This document shows, piece after piece, positions 54,792 through 64,000 of a DNA stretch of 64,000 bases. Both the position numbers and the translations under genes were made by a program. The notes below the pieces were generated by a model. That model saw nothing but the letters and a program-made list of their open reading frames with translations, did not search any database and had not been told where the DNA came from. Source of the DNA: Deltaproteobacteria bacterium (GTDB lineage: Bacteria > Myxococcota_A > UBA796 > SXON01); NCBI GenBank assembly GCA_014191855.1, contig BJHF01000018.1, positions 3,990 to 67,989 on the forward strand, read 5' to 3'. Position 1 is the first letter of the stretch, and every line of letters begins with the position of its first letter.

Positions 54792-55982
54792 ATGCGTTTG
54801 AGCAACCGCGCCCAGGTGATCCAGGAATCCGCGATCCGCAAGCTGGATGGACTGGTCGCCAACGCCCCAAAAGTGATGTTCCACAAGATGAACATCGGAC
54901 AGCCCGACGTCGAGACCCCGCTTAGCGTGCTCCGTGCCCTTGGCCAAACCGACAGCCCGGTGCTGGCCTACGGGCCGGCCAGCGGGCTCACGAAGTGCCG
55001 GGAGGCCGCGGCCGCCTTCCACGCGCGCACCTCCCCCGGACTCGGCCCCGAGCACTGCGTCGTGACCCAGGGAGGCTCGGAGGCCCTGCTGTTTGCCTTC
55101 TGCGCGCTGTGTGATCCGGGGGACGAAATCCTGGTTCCGGAGCCGTACTACACCAACTACAACGGGTTTGCGACGGTGGCGGCCGCCAAGGTGGTTCCCA
55201 TCCGCACCCGCTTGGACGACGGCTTCCGCATCCCGCCGAACGACGTGCTCGACCGCCACGTGACGGACCGCACGCGCATCTTTCTCTTCGCCAACCCCGG
55301 GAACCCGACCGGCGCCGTATACGGCGAGGAGGATCTGCGCCGAGTGGCCGAGTGGGCGCGCTCCCGCGGCTTGTGGCTCGTGGCCGATGAGGTGTACCGG
55401 CACATCTGGTTCTCGCACCCGCCGATGTCGGCGTTGCAGCTTGAGGGGCACGAAGACCACGTGATCGTGGTGGACAGCACCTCAAAAACGTTCTCGGCGT
55501 GCGGCCTGCGAATCGGATTCTTGCTGTCGAGGAACATGACGTTCATGGAGCGGATCGACCGGCTCGGCCAGGCGCGGCTTGGCGCCCAACCGCGCGCGCA
55601 ATACGCCGCGATCGCCGCGTTGAACCTTCCAGACACCTTCTACACCGAACTGCGGGCGACGTACCGCGAGCGGGTAGATGCGATGATGGACAGCCTCGCA
55701 GCCATCCCCGGCGTGGATTTTCACCGCCCCGAAGGCGCGTTCTACACGATGGTACGCCTACCGGTGAAGGACAGCGAAGCGTTCGCGCGCTTCCTCGTCA
55801 CCGAATTCCGCGACCATTCCAGCGGCCGGCCCGAGAGCCTCGTGGTGGCCCCGGGCTCCGGGTTCTACGCGAACCCAGCGGATGGTCGCGACGAGATCCG
55901 ACTCGCAGCGGTGAAGAACGCGGACAGTGTGCGGCGCGGCGTGGAATTGTTGGGGAAGGCGTTGGCGGTTTATCGGGGGTGA
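54792..55982 (+). CDS. PLP-dependent aminotransferase class I/II (aspartate aminotransferase-like)
   Basis: MNIGQPD, GGSEAL, NPGNPTG, DEVY and STSKTFSACGLRIG motifs. Confidence 0.93.
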   Translation: MRLSNRAQVIQESAIRKLDGLVANAPKVMFHKMNIGQPDVETPLSVLRALGQTDSPVLAYGPASGLTKCREAAAAFHARTSPGLGPEHCVVTQGGSEALLFAFCALCDPGDEILVPEPYYTNYNGFATVAAAKVVPIRTRLDDGFRIPPNDVLDRHVTDRTRIFLFANPGNPTGAVYGEEDLRRVAEWARSRGLWLVADEVYRHIWFSHPPMSALQLEGHEDHVIVVDSTSKTFSACGLRIGFLLSRNMTFMERIDRLGQARLGAQPRAQYAAIAALNLPDTFYTELRATYRERVDAMMDSLAAIPGVDFHRPEGAFYTMVRLPVKDSEAFARFLVTEFRDHSSGRPESLVVAPGSGFYANPADGRDEIRLAAVKNADSVRRGVELLGKALAVYRG

Positions 55983-56030
55983 GGGGGATCGGGGCGATGC
56001 GCGCGGCCCGGCTTCCTTCGTCAGAATTGG

Positions 56031-56612
56031 GTGGCGGCGCATCGCGCGCAATTCCGGGCGACGCTCCGGTCCTTCAACGCTATCCGCATGTGGATTCGTG
56101 CTCCCGAGATCAACGGGCTCACGGACGGCCGGCTATGGTTCGGGGAGCGGTTCATCCTCACATTCCGAAGCGACGGCGTGCTGGTCGAGGACACGCAAGG
56201 TCAGGGTTCCCGCTACCGTTGGGGGCCGGAGGGCACGACGGTGGACGTCAACGTGTTCGGTCAGAACCGTGCTGCGTCGGAACGGCCGCCCACCGTTCGT
56301 CCGTTCGCCGGCGTAGAGCACACCGAACATGACATCGCCGCCGCCATCGCCACCCTCCGTTCCCCCCAAACTCCGTGGCTGGCCCGCAGCCCAGGGCACT
56401 ACGGGTGGGCCGTGCAAAGCGACCAGTACGCCGAGGTGGCCATCCCCGCGCTCGCCGGGCGGGGTTGCCACATGTTCCTCCGCTTCGGCGAATACGCCGC
56501 GCCGCGCTACCTGATTTTCCAGTGCAGTCGGAAGCAGATGCTCTCACTCGATATCCTGCGCGTCGAGGTCGATCCGCCGGGTACGCCCCCGCCAAACCCA
56601 CCGTCCCAGTGA
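56031..56612 (+). CDS. Hypothetical protein
   Basis: Fills the gap between known genes; normal amino-acid composition; Pro-rich tail. Confidence 0.5.
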   Translation: MAAHRAQFRATLRSFNAIRMWIRAPEINGLTDGRLWFGERFILTFRSDGVLVEDTQGQGSRYRWGPEGTTVDVNVFGQNRAASERPPTVRPFAGVEHTEHDIAAAIATLRSPQTPWLARSPGHYGWAVQSDQYAEVAIPALAGRGCHMFLRFGEYAAPRYLIFQCSRKQMLSLDILRVEVDPPGTPPPNPPSQ

Positions 56613-56741
56613 TCGCTGAAGCCCGCGCCACTCTCGTTGCCGACGGGGTGCGCGGCCACCCCCGCGATGCGCCGCCACCCCCGCCAAAAGAAAAGAGGAC
56701 AGGGCTTCGCGCATCGCCCAGATCCGCATCGTCCCCCCTTC

Positions 56742-56763
56742 GGGCGGCCACGGGGGGCCGCCC
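56742..56763. terminator. GC hairpin between convergent genes
   Basis: GGGCGGCC-ACGGGG-GGCCGCCC; no clear U tract. Confidence 0.35.
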
Positions 56764-56780
56764 CTAGACGTCTGCGGGCC

Positions 56781-57935
56781 TCACCGCCAAGTCCGCAAAA
56801 CCTCCGCCAATCGGACATACTGCTCCGGCGCATTGTACGCTTGGCCGCTGATCCGAACGAAACAGCGGCCGTCGTACCCCGTGAAGGGGACTTCGATGCG
56901 GTGCTCGGCAAATAACCTTGCGTTGAGGCTCGGCCCCTCCGCCGACGTAGCCCATGGCACCTGCACCGACGCCATCGGCCCATACCAGCTTGGGTGGTCG
57001 GGGTGCGGGAGCTCGACGCCGAGCGCGTGGGCGAGCCGCTGCCGGCCCTCCTGAACCAGCGCGTGGTTGCTGGCGCGGACATCCTCCACGCCCAACCCCT
57101 CCAGGTGATCGAGCGCCGCCGGGACGCTGAGCCATGCGGTGGGATCGAAGGTGCCCGTCCACTCGAATTCCGGCGCGAGACCCAGCTCGTAGCCGTGGCT
57201 GGTGACCCGCGCGTGCACCCGCTTTCGCCAGTCGGGATGGACGTAGAAGAGGGCGGCCCCCTTGGGCGCGCATACCCACTTGTGAAGGTTACCGGTGTAG
57301 AAGTCGGCGTTGAGCTCGTCGAGTCGGAGGTCGAGCAGGCCCGGCGCATGGGCGCCATCCACGAGCACGGGAACGCCCCGCGCGCGGCAGAGCTGCACCA
57401 GCTCCGCGACGGGCAAGATGAGCGCCGTGGGCGAGGTGATGTGGTCGACGATCACGAGGCGGGTGCGAGGCGAGATCGCAGCCGCGAAGGCTTCGATCAC
57501 CCGCTCCATGTCATGGAGCGGGAACGGGATCACCGCAGGAACCAGGCGGACATCGTGCGCATGGCCGAGGCGATGAATCGCCCGCTTCACCGCGTGGTAG
57601 CCATGATCCGCGTGCACCACCTCGTCGCCGGGCTGCCAGTCGATCGCCCCCAACGCGGCATCAACCCCGTGGGTGGCGTTCGAAACGAAGACGAGGCCGT
57701 CCGGTTGAGCGCCAACGAAGCCGGCCACCCTGGCCCGTACCACGTCGAGGCGCTCCGGCAGGCGGCGCGCGAGGAACTCGACCGGTTCGCGCTCCATCTC
57801 CTCGCGAAACCCGGCTTGCACCGCGAGCACCGAGCGCGGCGTGGCTCCGAAGCTGCCGTGGTTGAGGTAGTCCACGGAGGGGTCGAGGGCCCAGCGGGCG
57901 CGAAGGTCGGCGGAGCCGCTGATCCAGGAAGGCAT
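56781..57935 (-). CDS. PLP-dependent class V enzyme (isopenicillin N epimerase / Egt2-type C-S lyase-like)
   Basis: YLNHGSFGATP, NATHG, DHITSPT, DGAHAPG and GNLHKWVCAPKG motifs. Confidence 0.88.
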   Translation of the reverse strand: MPSWISGSADLRARWALDPSVDYLNHGSFGATPRSVLAVQAGFREEMEREPVEFLARRLPERLDVVRARVAGFVGAQPDGLVFVSNATHGVDAALGAIDWQPGDEVVHADHGYHAVKRAIHRLGHAHDVRLVPAVIPFPLHDMERVIEAFAAAISPRTRLVIVDHITSPTALILPVAELVQLCRARGVPVLVDGAHAPGLLDLRLDELNADFYTGNLHKWVCAPKGAALFYVHPDWRKRVHARVTSHGYELGLAPEFEWTGTFDPTAWLSVPAALDHLEGLGVEDVRASNHALVQEGRQRLAHALGVELPHPDHPSWYGPMASVQVPWATSAEGPSLNARLFAEHRIEVPFTGYDGRCFVRISGQAYNAPEQYVRLAEVLRTWR

Positions 57936-57969
57936 AGCCGCTGGTATCGCGAGCCGGGTAGGAGGGGCC

Positions 57970-58764
57970 ATGCTGCTCGCGCTCCTGCTCCCCGCCCTCG
58001 CCGAAGAGTCCACCTTTGCCGGAGCGAAGGGGCCGACGGTGGTGCCGACAACGCCAGGAGCGCACGCCACGGCCGAGCTGGGCGGCGCGCTCACTTTCGG
58101 AAACACCGAGACGATGGCCCTGACCGGCCTGGGAAACGTGGACTACCGCTGGCAGAAGAACGGGATCGGTGGCACGTTCGGGGTGAACTGGGGGCAATCG
58201 AAGATTGACGCAGATGGGGACGGGAAGCTGAACGACGACGAGCGCGCCGAAGGCTATGTGAAGACTGCGGAACGGGAGTTGGTCACCCTGCGATACGACC
58301 GATTCATTGGGAAACGCGACAGTCTCTACGCGCTGGGCGGCGCGTTCACCGACTCGTTCGCGGGTTACGACTTTCGCGTGAACGGGCAGGTGGGGTTGTC
58401 GCATGCCCTGGTGGACCAAAAGGGCACGACGTTCAAGGGGGAGCTCGGGCTTGACATCGCGCGGGAGAACTTCGTAGATGGAGTGGAGCCAAACGCGCAG
58501 ACGGTGATCGCAGCGCGCATATTACTCGGGCTACGCCACGAATTCAACGAACACGTGGCCTTCGAGGATACGCTGGAGGCCTACGAAGGGCTGTTGGACT
58601 TCGCTGATTTTCGTCTCAACAACACCGCAGCCGTGCTCGCCTCGATGACCACGCGGCTCAGCCTCAAGCTCAGCCATCAGTTGGCGTTCGACAATGTGCC
58701 GGTGGAAGGGTACCAACCCTTGGATCATACGACGATGGCGACGGTGGTGGTGACGTTTCTGTAG
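57970..58764 (+). CDS. DUF481-family outer-membrane beta-barrel protein
   Basis: Signal peptide, amphipathic strands, D.FAGYD.R motif and terminal strand TVVVTFL. Confidence 0.75.
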   Translation: MLLALLLPALAEESTFAGAKGPTVVPTTPGAHATAELGGALTFGNTETMALTGLGNVDYRWQKNGIGGTFGVNWGQSKIDADGDGKLNDDERAEGYVKTAERELVTLRYDRFIGKRDSLYALGGAFTDSFAGYDFRVNGQVGLSHALVDQKGTTFKGELGLDIARENFVDGVEPNAQTVIAARILLGLRHEFNEHVAFEDTLEAYEGLLDFADFRLNNTAAVLASMTTRLSLKLSHQLAFDNVPVEGYQPLDHTTMATVVVTFL

Positions 58765-58770
58765 ACGGGC

Positions 58771-61572
58771 TCACGGCACCGCAGTCCGCGTCCACCCGTT
58801 CGGGCCCCGCTCCAGCTTCGCGGCCGGCCAACTGTCCAGGTCCAACTCGAGTGTTACAACGCGCGGGCGGTCGTCGAGGTCGCGCACGTCGAGGCGCACG
58901 GGGGCACCGTCGGGGCGGCCGGCGACGGCGGCCATGAAGTCCGTGAGGTTGGCGATCGGGGCGCCGTCCACGGCGACGATGCGCCAGGTGGGGTCGAGGT
59001 CGTAGCGGTCGGCGGGGGTGCCGAACCAGCGCCAGGTGACATAAACACCGGTGCCGGGGAGGCCGCGCTGGAGCGGGAGCACGGGGGAATTGTCCTGGAT
59101 GAGCGCGCCGGCCCAGACGAACGCCCGGTCGAGATCGGCAACGGGCATTTCGGTGGTGGGGACGACCACATCCACCACAGCCGCGCCGCGCCACACGCGG
59201 AGGGACACGGTGGGCTTCATCGAGGCGAGATCGAGGGCGCGCCAGCTCGCGGAGGCGTGCCCATCGATGGCGAGCAGCAGATCGCCCTCCTGCAACCGGC
59301 CAAAGGCGCCGCTCAGCGGGGAAACATGCGTAAGCGTGAGGATACGGGAGGCCCCAGACTTCGCGAGCGCGGCGGCGGCCGCGACCGGCAGCCCCCGATC
59401 GACGCCGAGCGCGAGCGGAAGCGGCGTCCACGCCGCACCCAGCGTGCGGCTCGGGGGCGGAGCGCCGCCGCGCATCGCGTCCACCACATCGGTCACGATA
59501 TCTGCGGGCAACCCGCGGAATCCGGAGCTCTGGCTCTTGCCACTGCCGGTGAGGAACGACGCGAGGAAGGCCACCACCTCGCCTTGTTTGTCCACCAGCA
59601 CGCCGCCACGTTCCAGGGGTGCATCGACCGTGCTCAGCAGGTCCACGTTGTAGTCGCGGTACTGGGGAACGGCGGGCGCGAACAACGCAAAGGGGCGGTA
59701 CCCCTGCACGCGCGTTTCGCTCCACGTGATCTCCAGCCTGCCATTCAGCCCCACCTGCCAGACCGGGGAGCCCGTTTCCGGGCGTCGTTTGTCGAAGCGC
59801 ACCTGCCCGAGCGGAGTGCCGGTGAGCAGCGCCGGATCGAACTGGATCACGGCGAGGTTGTGGTCGGGATGAAAATACACGGCGCGGGCGGGTACACGCA
59901 CCGCGCCCCCCACGATCACGCTGATGTCGGCGAGGGACTGCGGCACCGTGTCACGGTCCACCATCACCAGACCCTTCGCCGCGTCGATAACGACGCCAGC
60001 TCCCGAATACATGTCCCCTTCGTTCCCCGAGAATACGAAAGGCAGTCGCGCTTCGACCCAAACCAAGGCGTCGGATACCTTGCCGGCGGGGCCGGGGGGG
60101 CGAGCCGGCAGCGACACGGCGGCGGGGGCCGGGGCGACGGCGGCCGGGGCAGCAGGTAAATCGACACACGGCCACTTTCCCGAGGTGTCGTTTCGTACAC
60201 AGTGGCGCGCGGGGAACAAGGCACGGTCGAGGCGCCAAGCGACCACCTGGGTGCGATTGGGCTCCGACAGCTCCACAAAGCGTACGGGTACGCGGGCCTG
60301 GTCGGGGATGGTCGCCACGACCTTCTCGAACGCCGCCAGATCGGGGGTGTCGATGCCCGCCACGTTGTCGATTCGTGCGCCGTCCGGCACGCCCGCATGG
60401 CGCAACCCGTAGGCCGACGAAGCGACATACACGCCCTGCACGGGAACATTGTGATTCCGGGCCTGCTGGTAGCTGAGGTCGTGCACCACGTCTCCGCTCA
60501 CCTCGAAGAAGGCCGAGGGCGTTGCGGCGTGAAGGTCGGCCACGGTGAGGACCACTTCCTGAACCTTCCCTGCCCGCTCGATGCCCACGCTCACGGTCTG
60601 ACCGACGCGGTCATCCAAAAGCGCTTCGAGCGGGATGAAGGTGTTGATCGGCGCCCCGTCGAGCGTGACCACGACGTCGCCGACCTGCAGCTTGCCGAAC
60701 GCCGGGCCGCCGGGGAGCACCTCGCGAACCACGAGCAGGCCCGTCGCTTCTGCGTCCCGCTTTCGCGCCGCAGCCTCGGTCGCCGCTTGGAGGCCGAGGC
60801 GGCTCAGCTCATCCCAGGGCGTGCGGACGAATACGGTGTGGAGGCTGCCGCGCGTGACCGGCTTCCCCTCCTGGATGAGGCGGAGCGCGCGCTGCACTCG
60901 GTCCAGGGGCAGGTAGAAGCTCGCCGCCTTGTCGCGACGGGAGCCGGCGTTGAGCGCGACGACCTTGCCGCGTACGTCGAGGACCGGGGAGCCGGAAGAG
61001 CCCCCGGTCGTGCCCGCGGCGGCCTGCAGGTAGAAGGTGTTGAAGTCGTTGAAGCCATCGCTCCCGTATCGGGGCGCATCCCGGTCCAGTCGTGCGATGG
61101 TGCCGGTGTGGATCGAAAGTTTCTCCCCGGCGTTGTTGCCAACGACGCGAATCTCCATGCCGACGCGAGCGCCCGCTGGATCCAACTCCAACGCCGGTAG
61201 CTTGGCGTAGGTAAGTGCCGAGGGGTCGAACTGGTAGAAGCCGAAATCGTGTACCGGATCGCGGTAGATCGCGCGCAGCGGGATGACCTCGTTGTTCTGG
61301 GTAACCGCTTCGCTTCGCACCGGGCCGGGCGTGACAACGTGCCGATTCGTGAGGAGAATCCCCCGCTCTGCGTCGACCACGAACCCGGTGGCGTAGCTGT
61401 GCGAGGCGCTCTCCGTGTCGAACGAGCGCGTGCTCAGGATGTCGATCGACACCACAGCAGGCGTGGCCACCTTCACGACCTCCGCCCAGGGATCCGCGGC
61501 GGGGGTGGGAGGGGGCAGCTTGGGTCCGACCGCGAAGGCGGCCGAGAGGGTCAACAGGAGGGCGGGGATCAT
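58771..61572 (-). CDS. Nma111/Deg7-type HtrA protease (protease-PDZ-PDZ-inactive protease-PDZ-PDZ) with signal peptide
   Basis: ATGFVVDAERGILLTNRHVV (His), YRDPVHDFGF (Asp) and GGSSGSPV (Ser) motifs; second degenerate protease unit. Confidence 0.88.
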   Translation of the reverse strand: MIPALLLTLSAAFAVGPKLPPPTPAADPWAEVVKVATPAVVSIDILSTRSFDTESASHSYATGFVVDAERGILLTNRHVVTPGPVRSEAVTQNNEVIPLRAIYRDPVHDFGFYQFDPSALTYAKLPALELDPAGARVGMEIRVVGNNAGEKLSIHTGTIARLDRDAPRYGSDGFNDFNTFYLQAAAGTTGGSSGSPVLDVRGKVVALNAGSRRDKAASFYLPLDRVQRALRLIQEGKPVTRGSLHTVFVRTPWDELSRLGLQAATEAAARKRDAEATGLLVVREVLPGGPAFGKLQVGDVVVTLDGAPINTFIPLEALLDDRVGQTVSVGIERAGKVQEVVLTVADLHAATPSAFFEVSGDVVHDLSYQQARNHNVPVQGVYVASSAYGLRHAGVPDGARIDNVAGIDTPDLAAFEKVVATIPDQARVPVRFVELSEPNRTQVVAWRLDRALFPARHCVRNDTSGKWPCVDLPAAPAAVAPAPAAVSLPARPPGPAGKVSDALVWVEARLPFVFSGNEGDMYSGAGVVIDAAKGLVMVDRDTVPQSLADISVIVGGAVRVPARAVYFHPDHNLAVIQFDPALLTGTPLGQVRFDKRRPETGSPVWQVGLNGRLEITWSETRVQGYRPFALFAPAVPQYRDYNVDLLSTVDAPLERGGVLVDKQGEVVAFLASFLTGSGKSQSSGFRGLPADIVTDVVDAMRGGAPPPSRTLGAAWTPLPLALGVDRGLPVAAAAALAKSGASRILTLTHVSPLSGAFGRLQEGDLLLAIDGHASASWRALDLASMKPTVSLRVWRGAAVVDVVVPTTEMPVADLDRAFVWAGALIQDNSPVLPLQRGLPGTGVYVTWRWFGTPADRYDLDPTWRIVAVDGAPIANLTDFMAAVAGRPDGAPVRLDVRDLDDRPRVVTLELDLDSWPAAKLERGPNGWTRTAVP

Positions 61573-61582
61573 CCCCCGGAGC

Positions 61583-63328
61583 CTATCGCTCCCGGGGTGC
61601 GTTCACGATGAACTCGATGGCGGGGGCCTTGAGACCCTTGGATTCGCCGAAGCCCTTGGCGCCGAGTCGACCGGGAGCCACGCCCTTGTCCACCAGATAT
61701 TGCCGCACGGAGGCCGCCATCCGCTCGCTCAGGTCGAGGTTGTCGGCGTCCCCGCCCGTGGTGTCGGTGTGTCCGGCCACCTGCACATACGCGAGCTCGG
61801 GATGGTCGAGCAGGACATCCACCACCTCGTCCAAGATCGCGAAGCTCTCCGGGAGGACGAGATCGCGCCCCGGAACGAAACGAACCGGCTCAAACAGCTC
61901 AAGCCGGGCGGCGCCGAGCGTCACCCGCGCGACGCGCAACGTCACGGTGACCGCCAGGGTTTCATTGGCCTGCAACGCGATGGTTTGCCGACGCGTCGCG
62001 TACCCGGGTGCGCTCACCACCGCCCCGAGCTCGCCCGCCATCACGCTCCGATCAAGCGAAGCCGTCGGCCGGTCCAGCGTGAGCCCCGGGAGCGCGACGG
62101 TGGCCTCCACCGGGCGCCCCGCCTCGTCGACCACCTTCAACAACAGCCGCCCTTGACTCGCCTCCCGCTGCATCGCGACCACCCTGGACATCGGTTTGCC
62201 TGGTGGAACCTCGATCATCATCCGAACGGTCGCATACCCCGGCGCCGTGGCCTGCAACGCGTAGCTGTCCGACGCCAGGTCCAGCTCGCGATCCCCGCGC
62301 CCCTCACGCCCGGCAACACCGCTCGACACCTCCCTCACCGGCTGCTTGGTTTCTTTGTCCACGAAGCTGAGCTTCACGCGGGTCAGCTCCGGGCAGCCAT
62401 CCGTGTCCTGGTACTCGTCCCCGTCCTCCGCATCGGCTGGACACTTGTCGTCATCGTCCCAGATCTGGTCGCCATCCGAGTCACGACGAGGCTCCGGCTC
62501 GTACCCGATGCCGAGCACCCCGCGGAAGCTCGGGGAGCCGAAGCCGGCGTTGACGCCGGAGCCTACTCCCGCCCGCAGGACCAAGCCGGAGCGGAAGCCC
62601 AACCACCCGCTGAGCATCGCCTCCACAGGGAACGACACCGTTGGATCCCCCTCCGCAAACGGACTGTTCCCATTGAGATCCACACCAACGCCAGCCCGCT
62701 CGCCGAACGCATACCCAGCGCCGACCCGGAACAAGATCTGCGGCCCCCAGACCAGGTTCTCCATCAGGACGTCGGGCACAAACGCGGACCCCAGCGCGCC
62801 AGCGAATCGAACATCTCCCACGTCCCGATCCGCGATCACGGTGAGCTCGCCGGTGAAGCTGTCGTTCGCGAGCGCCGGGGCGAGGCTGGTCGGCAGCCCG
62901 AGACGACCGCTCACGGCGAGGCCAACCGGCGCGGAGGTGCGGTCGAGGATCCGCCCCTTCAGGTCGATGGCGACATCGCCCATCTCGGTAACATCTTCGG
63001 TGGAACCTCCGAAGCTGCGCAGGTACACCGGCGCATCGAAACCCACCCGCACCGGACCGACCGCGTAGCCAAAGAGCAGGTTCATCTGCACGAGGTGGGC
63101 GACAACGGGCTCCACGTGGCCATCGTCGTAGCGGTACACCATCGGGTTTTCGGTGAGCGAGAGGAGGCTTCGCGCCGTCAAACGCCCACGCTCGCCTACC
63201 GTGGCGTCATCGGCCCACACGAAGCGCTCGGCGTCGATGGACGGGCGAAAGCGCTGGCTGTTGAGGGCGGGCGGCTCCGCCGGCTCGGTTGCGATGGCGA
63301 GCGCGGCAAACGCGAGCAGGGAGTACAT
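61583..63328 (-). CDS. OmpA-family protein with N-terminal beta-barrel and thrombospondin type-3 repeats
   Basis: DSDGDQIWDDDDKCPADAEDGDEYQDTDGCP repeats; GHTD...NLDLSERMA.SVRQYL OmpA-C motif. Confidence 0.88.
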   Translation of the reverse strand: MYSLLAFAALAIATEPAEPPALNSQRFRPSIDAERFVWADDATVGERGRLTARSLLSLTENPMVYRYDDGHVEPVVAHLVQMNLLFGYAVGPVRVGFDAPVYLRSFGGSTEDVTEMGDVAIDLKGRILDRTSAPVGLAVSGRLGLPTSLAPALANDSFTGELTVIADRDVGDVRFAGALGSAFVPDVLMENLVWGPQILFRVGAGYAFGERAGVGVDLNGNSPFAEGDPTVSFPVEAMLSGWLGFRSGLVLRAGVGSGVNAGFGSPSFRGVLGIGYEPEPRRDSDGDQIWDDDDKCPADAEDGDEYQDTDGCPELTRVKLSFVDKETKQPVREVSSGVAGREGRGDRELDLASDSYALQATAPGYATVRMMIEVPPGKPMSRVVAMQREASQGRLLLKVVDEAGRPVEATVALPGLTLDRPTASLDRSVMAGELGAVVSAPGYATRRQTIALQANETLAVTVTLRVARVTLGAARLELFEPVRFVPGRDLVLPESFAILDEVVDVLLDHPELAYVQVAGHTDTTGGDADNLDLSERMAASVRQYLVDKGVAPGRLGAKGFGESKGLKAPAIEFIVNAPRER

Positions 63329-63408
63329 CGGAGCTCCGGTCCAGAACCGGGAGCAGGATAGCGCGTTTTGAGGTGACGGCGCCGAGGGCGGCTACGGGGG
63401 CGCCCCGG

Positions 63409-63765
63409 CTACTTCTTCTTCGCCGCCTTCTTCACCTTCGCCGGCATCGCCGCGGTGTTCTCCAGCGACTCCGCTGCGTACGCTGCGATCACGGCCGCGG
63501 GCACGACCTTGGGATCAACCTGCACATAGTCCCGCCACGCCCGCCCGCTCATCGGCTCAAACAGCACCGCGGCCCCCGAATCCCGGAGCGCGGCCGCCCG
63601 CGGAACGCCGACCCGCGCCACGAGCGTTTGCGCGAAGGTACCGAAGAACATGTTGCCGTTCACAAAGGCACAGGGGTGGCCGAACATCTGGCCCTTCACC
63701 GCCCGCGGGTCGGTCGGGATCGCGGCGTCGTAGGCCGCCACGGTGGCGGCGTTCGGTTTTTCCAT
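63409..63765 (-). CDS. TfoX/Sxy N-terminal domain protein
   Basis: GQMFGHPCAFVNGNMFFG and FEPMSGRAWRDYV motifs. Confidence 0.8.
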   Translation of the reverse strand: MEKPNAATVAAYDAAIPTDPRAVKGQMFGHPCAFVNGNMFFGTFAQTLVARVGVPRAAALRDSGAAVLFEPMSGRAWRDYVQVDPKVVPAAVIAAYAAESLENTAAMPAKVKKAAKKK

Positions 63766-63767
63766 GG

Positions 63768-64000
63768 TCAACCTCCGGCGGCACGCGCCACGCAGTTCTT
63801 ACCCCGCTGCTTGGCTTCATACAACGCCTCGTCCGCCGCCTGAAGCAGGGCCGCACCGTCGTGGCCGAAGCGCGGGCGGTAGCCGCAAACGCCGATGCTG
63901 ACCGTGAGCGGCGAGAGCGTGGGGAGCGCCTCGATCGCGACGCGAAGCCGCTCGGCGAACCCGTACGCAGCGTCCTCATCGGTGTCCGGGTACAGCACAC
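63768..64000 (-). CDS. C-terminus of a GGDEF diguanylate cyclase (5' end outside the window)
   Basis: AERLR...TVSIGV...ADEALYEAK..GKN motifs. Confidence 0.88.
   Translation of the reverse strand, partial: VLYPDTDEDAAYGFAERLRVAIEALPTLSPLTVSIGVCGYRPRFGHDGAALLQAADEALYEAKQRGKNCVARAAGG

Noticed and set aside
61415-63361. Long shadow ORFs (also 49945-51813, 28473-29810, 33045-34379, 47672-49273)
   Set aside because: They are antisense to well-supported genes, which is expected from stop-codon scarcity in high-GC DNA, and carry no family motifs.
1-64000. tRNA, rRNA, transposase, integrase or prophage genes
   Set aside because: No such motifs were recognised on either strand by eye; a tRNAscan/ISEScan run would be needed to exclude them formally.

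Overview
64-kb, high-GC (roughly 70% by eye), gene-dense bacterial chromosome segment. The gene content points to a Myxococcota/deltaproteobacterial-type organism (inference): rsmG-parA-parB-bactofilin with an embedded parS, a kinase-NTPase-TPR protein, a TSP3-OmpA protein, FG-GAP lipoproteins and a class I HMG-CoA reductase. Most genes are housekeeping or metabolic: aroC, tldD/pmbA, psd, uvrC, lpdA, uridine kinase, RNA methyltransferases and two separate xanthine-oxidase-family molybdoenzyme clusters. There is also an accessory lipoprotein stretch (18.9-24.9 kb), a small UvrA2/pirin-relic patch and an envelope glycosylation region (45-53 kb). I saw no tRNA, rRNA, CRISPR array or transposase. 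The items most worth checking are: (1) an unannotated ~200-nt rod-shaped RNA with a central bubble, resembling 6S RNA (54569-54770); (2) clustered GA(T/C)ACA/TGT(A/G)TC motifs, often palindromic or ~10-bp phased, inside unrelated GC-rich genes; (3) a secreted Nma111/Deg7-type tandem HtrA protease; (4) a GT-C / sulfatase-like / POTRA-less Omp85 operon; (5) a 546-aa signal-less, beta-rich orphan protein; (6) an m5U methyltransferase fused to a degenerate pseudouridine-synthase half; (7) an hcrC-hcrA-like fusion with an HcrB-type [4Fe-4S] partner that the ORF track missed. All family calls come from motif recognition by eye; no searches were run.
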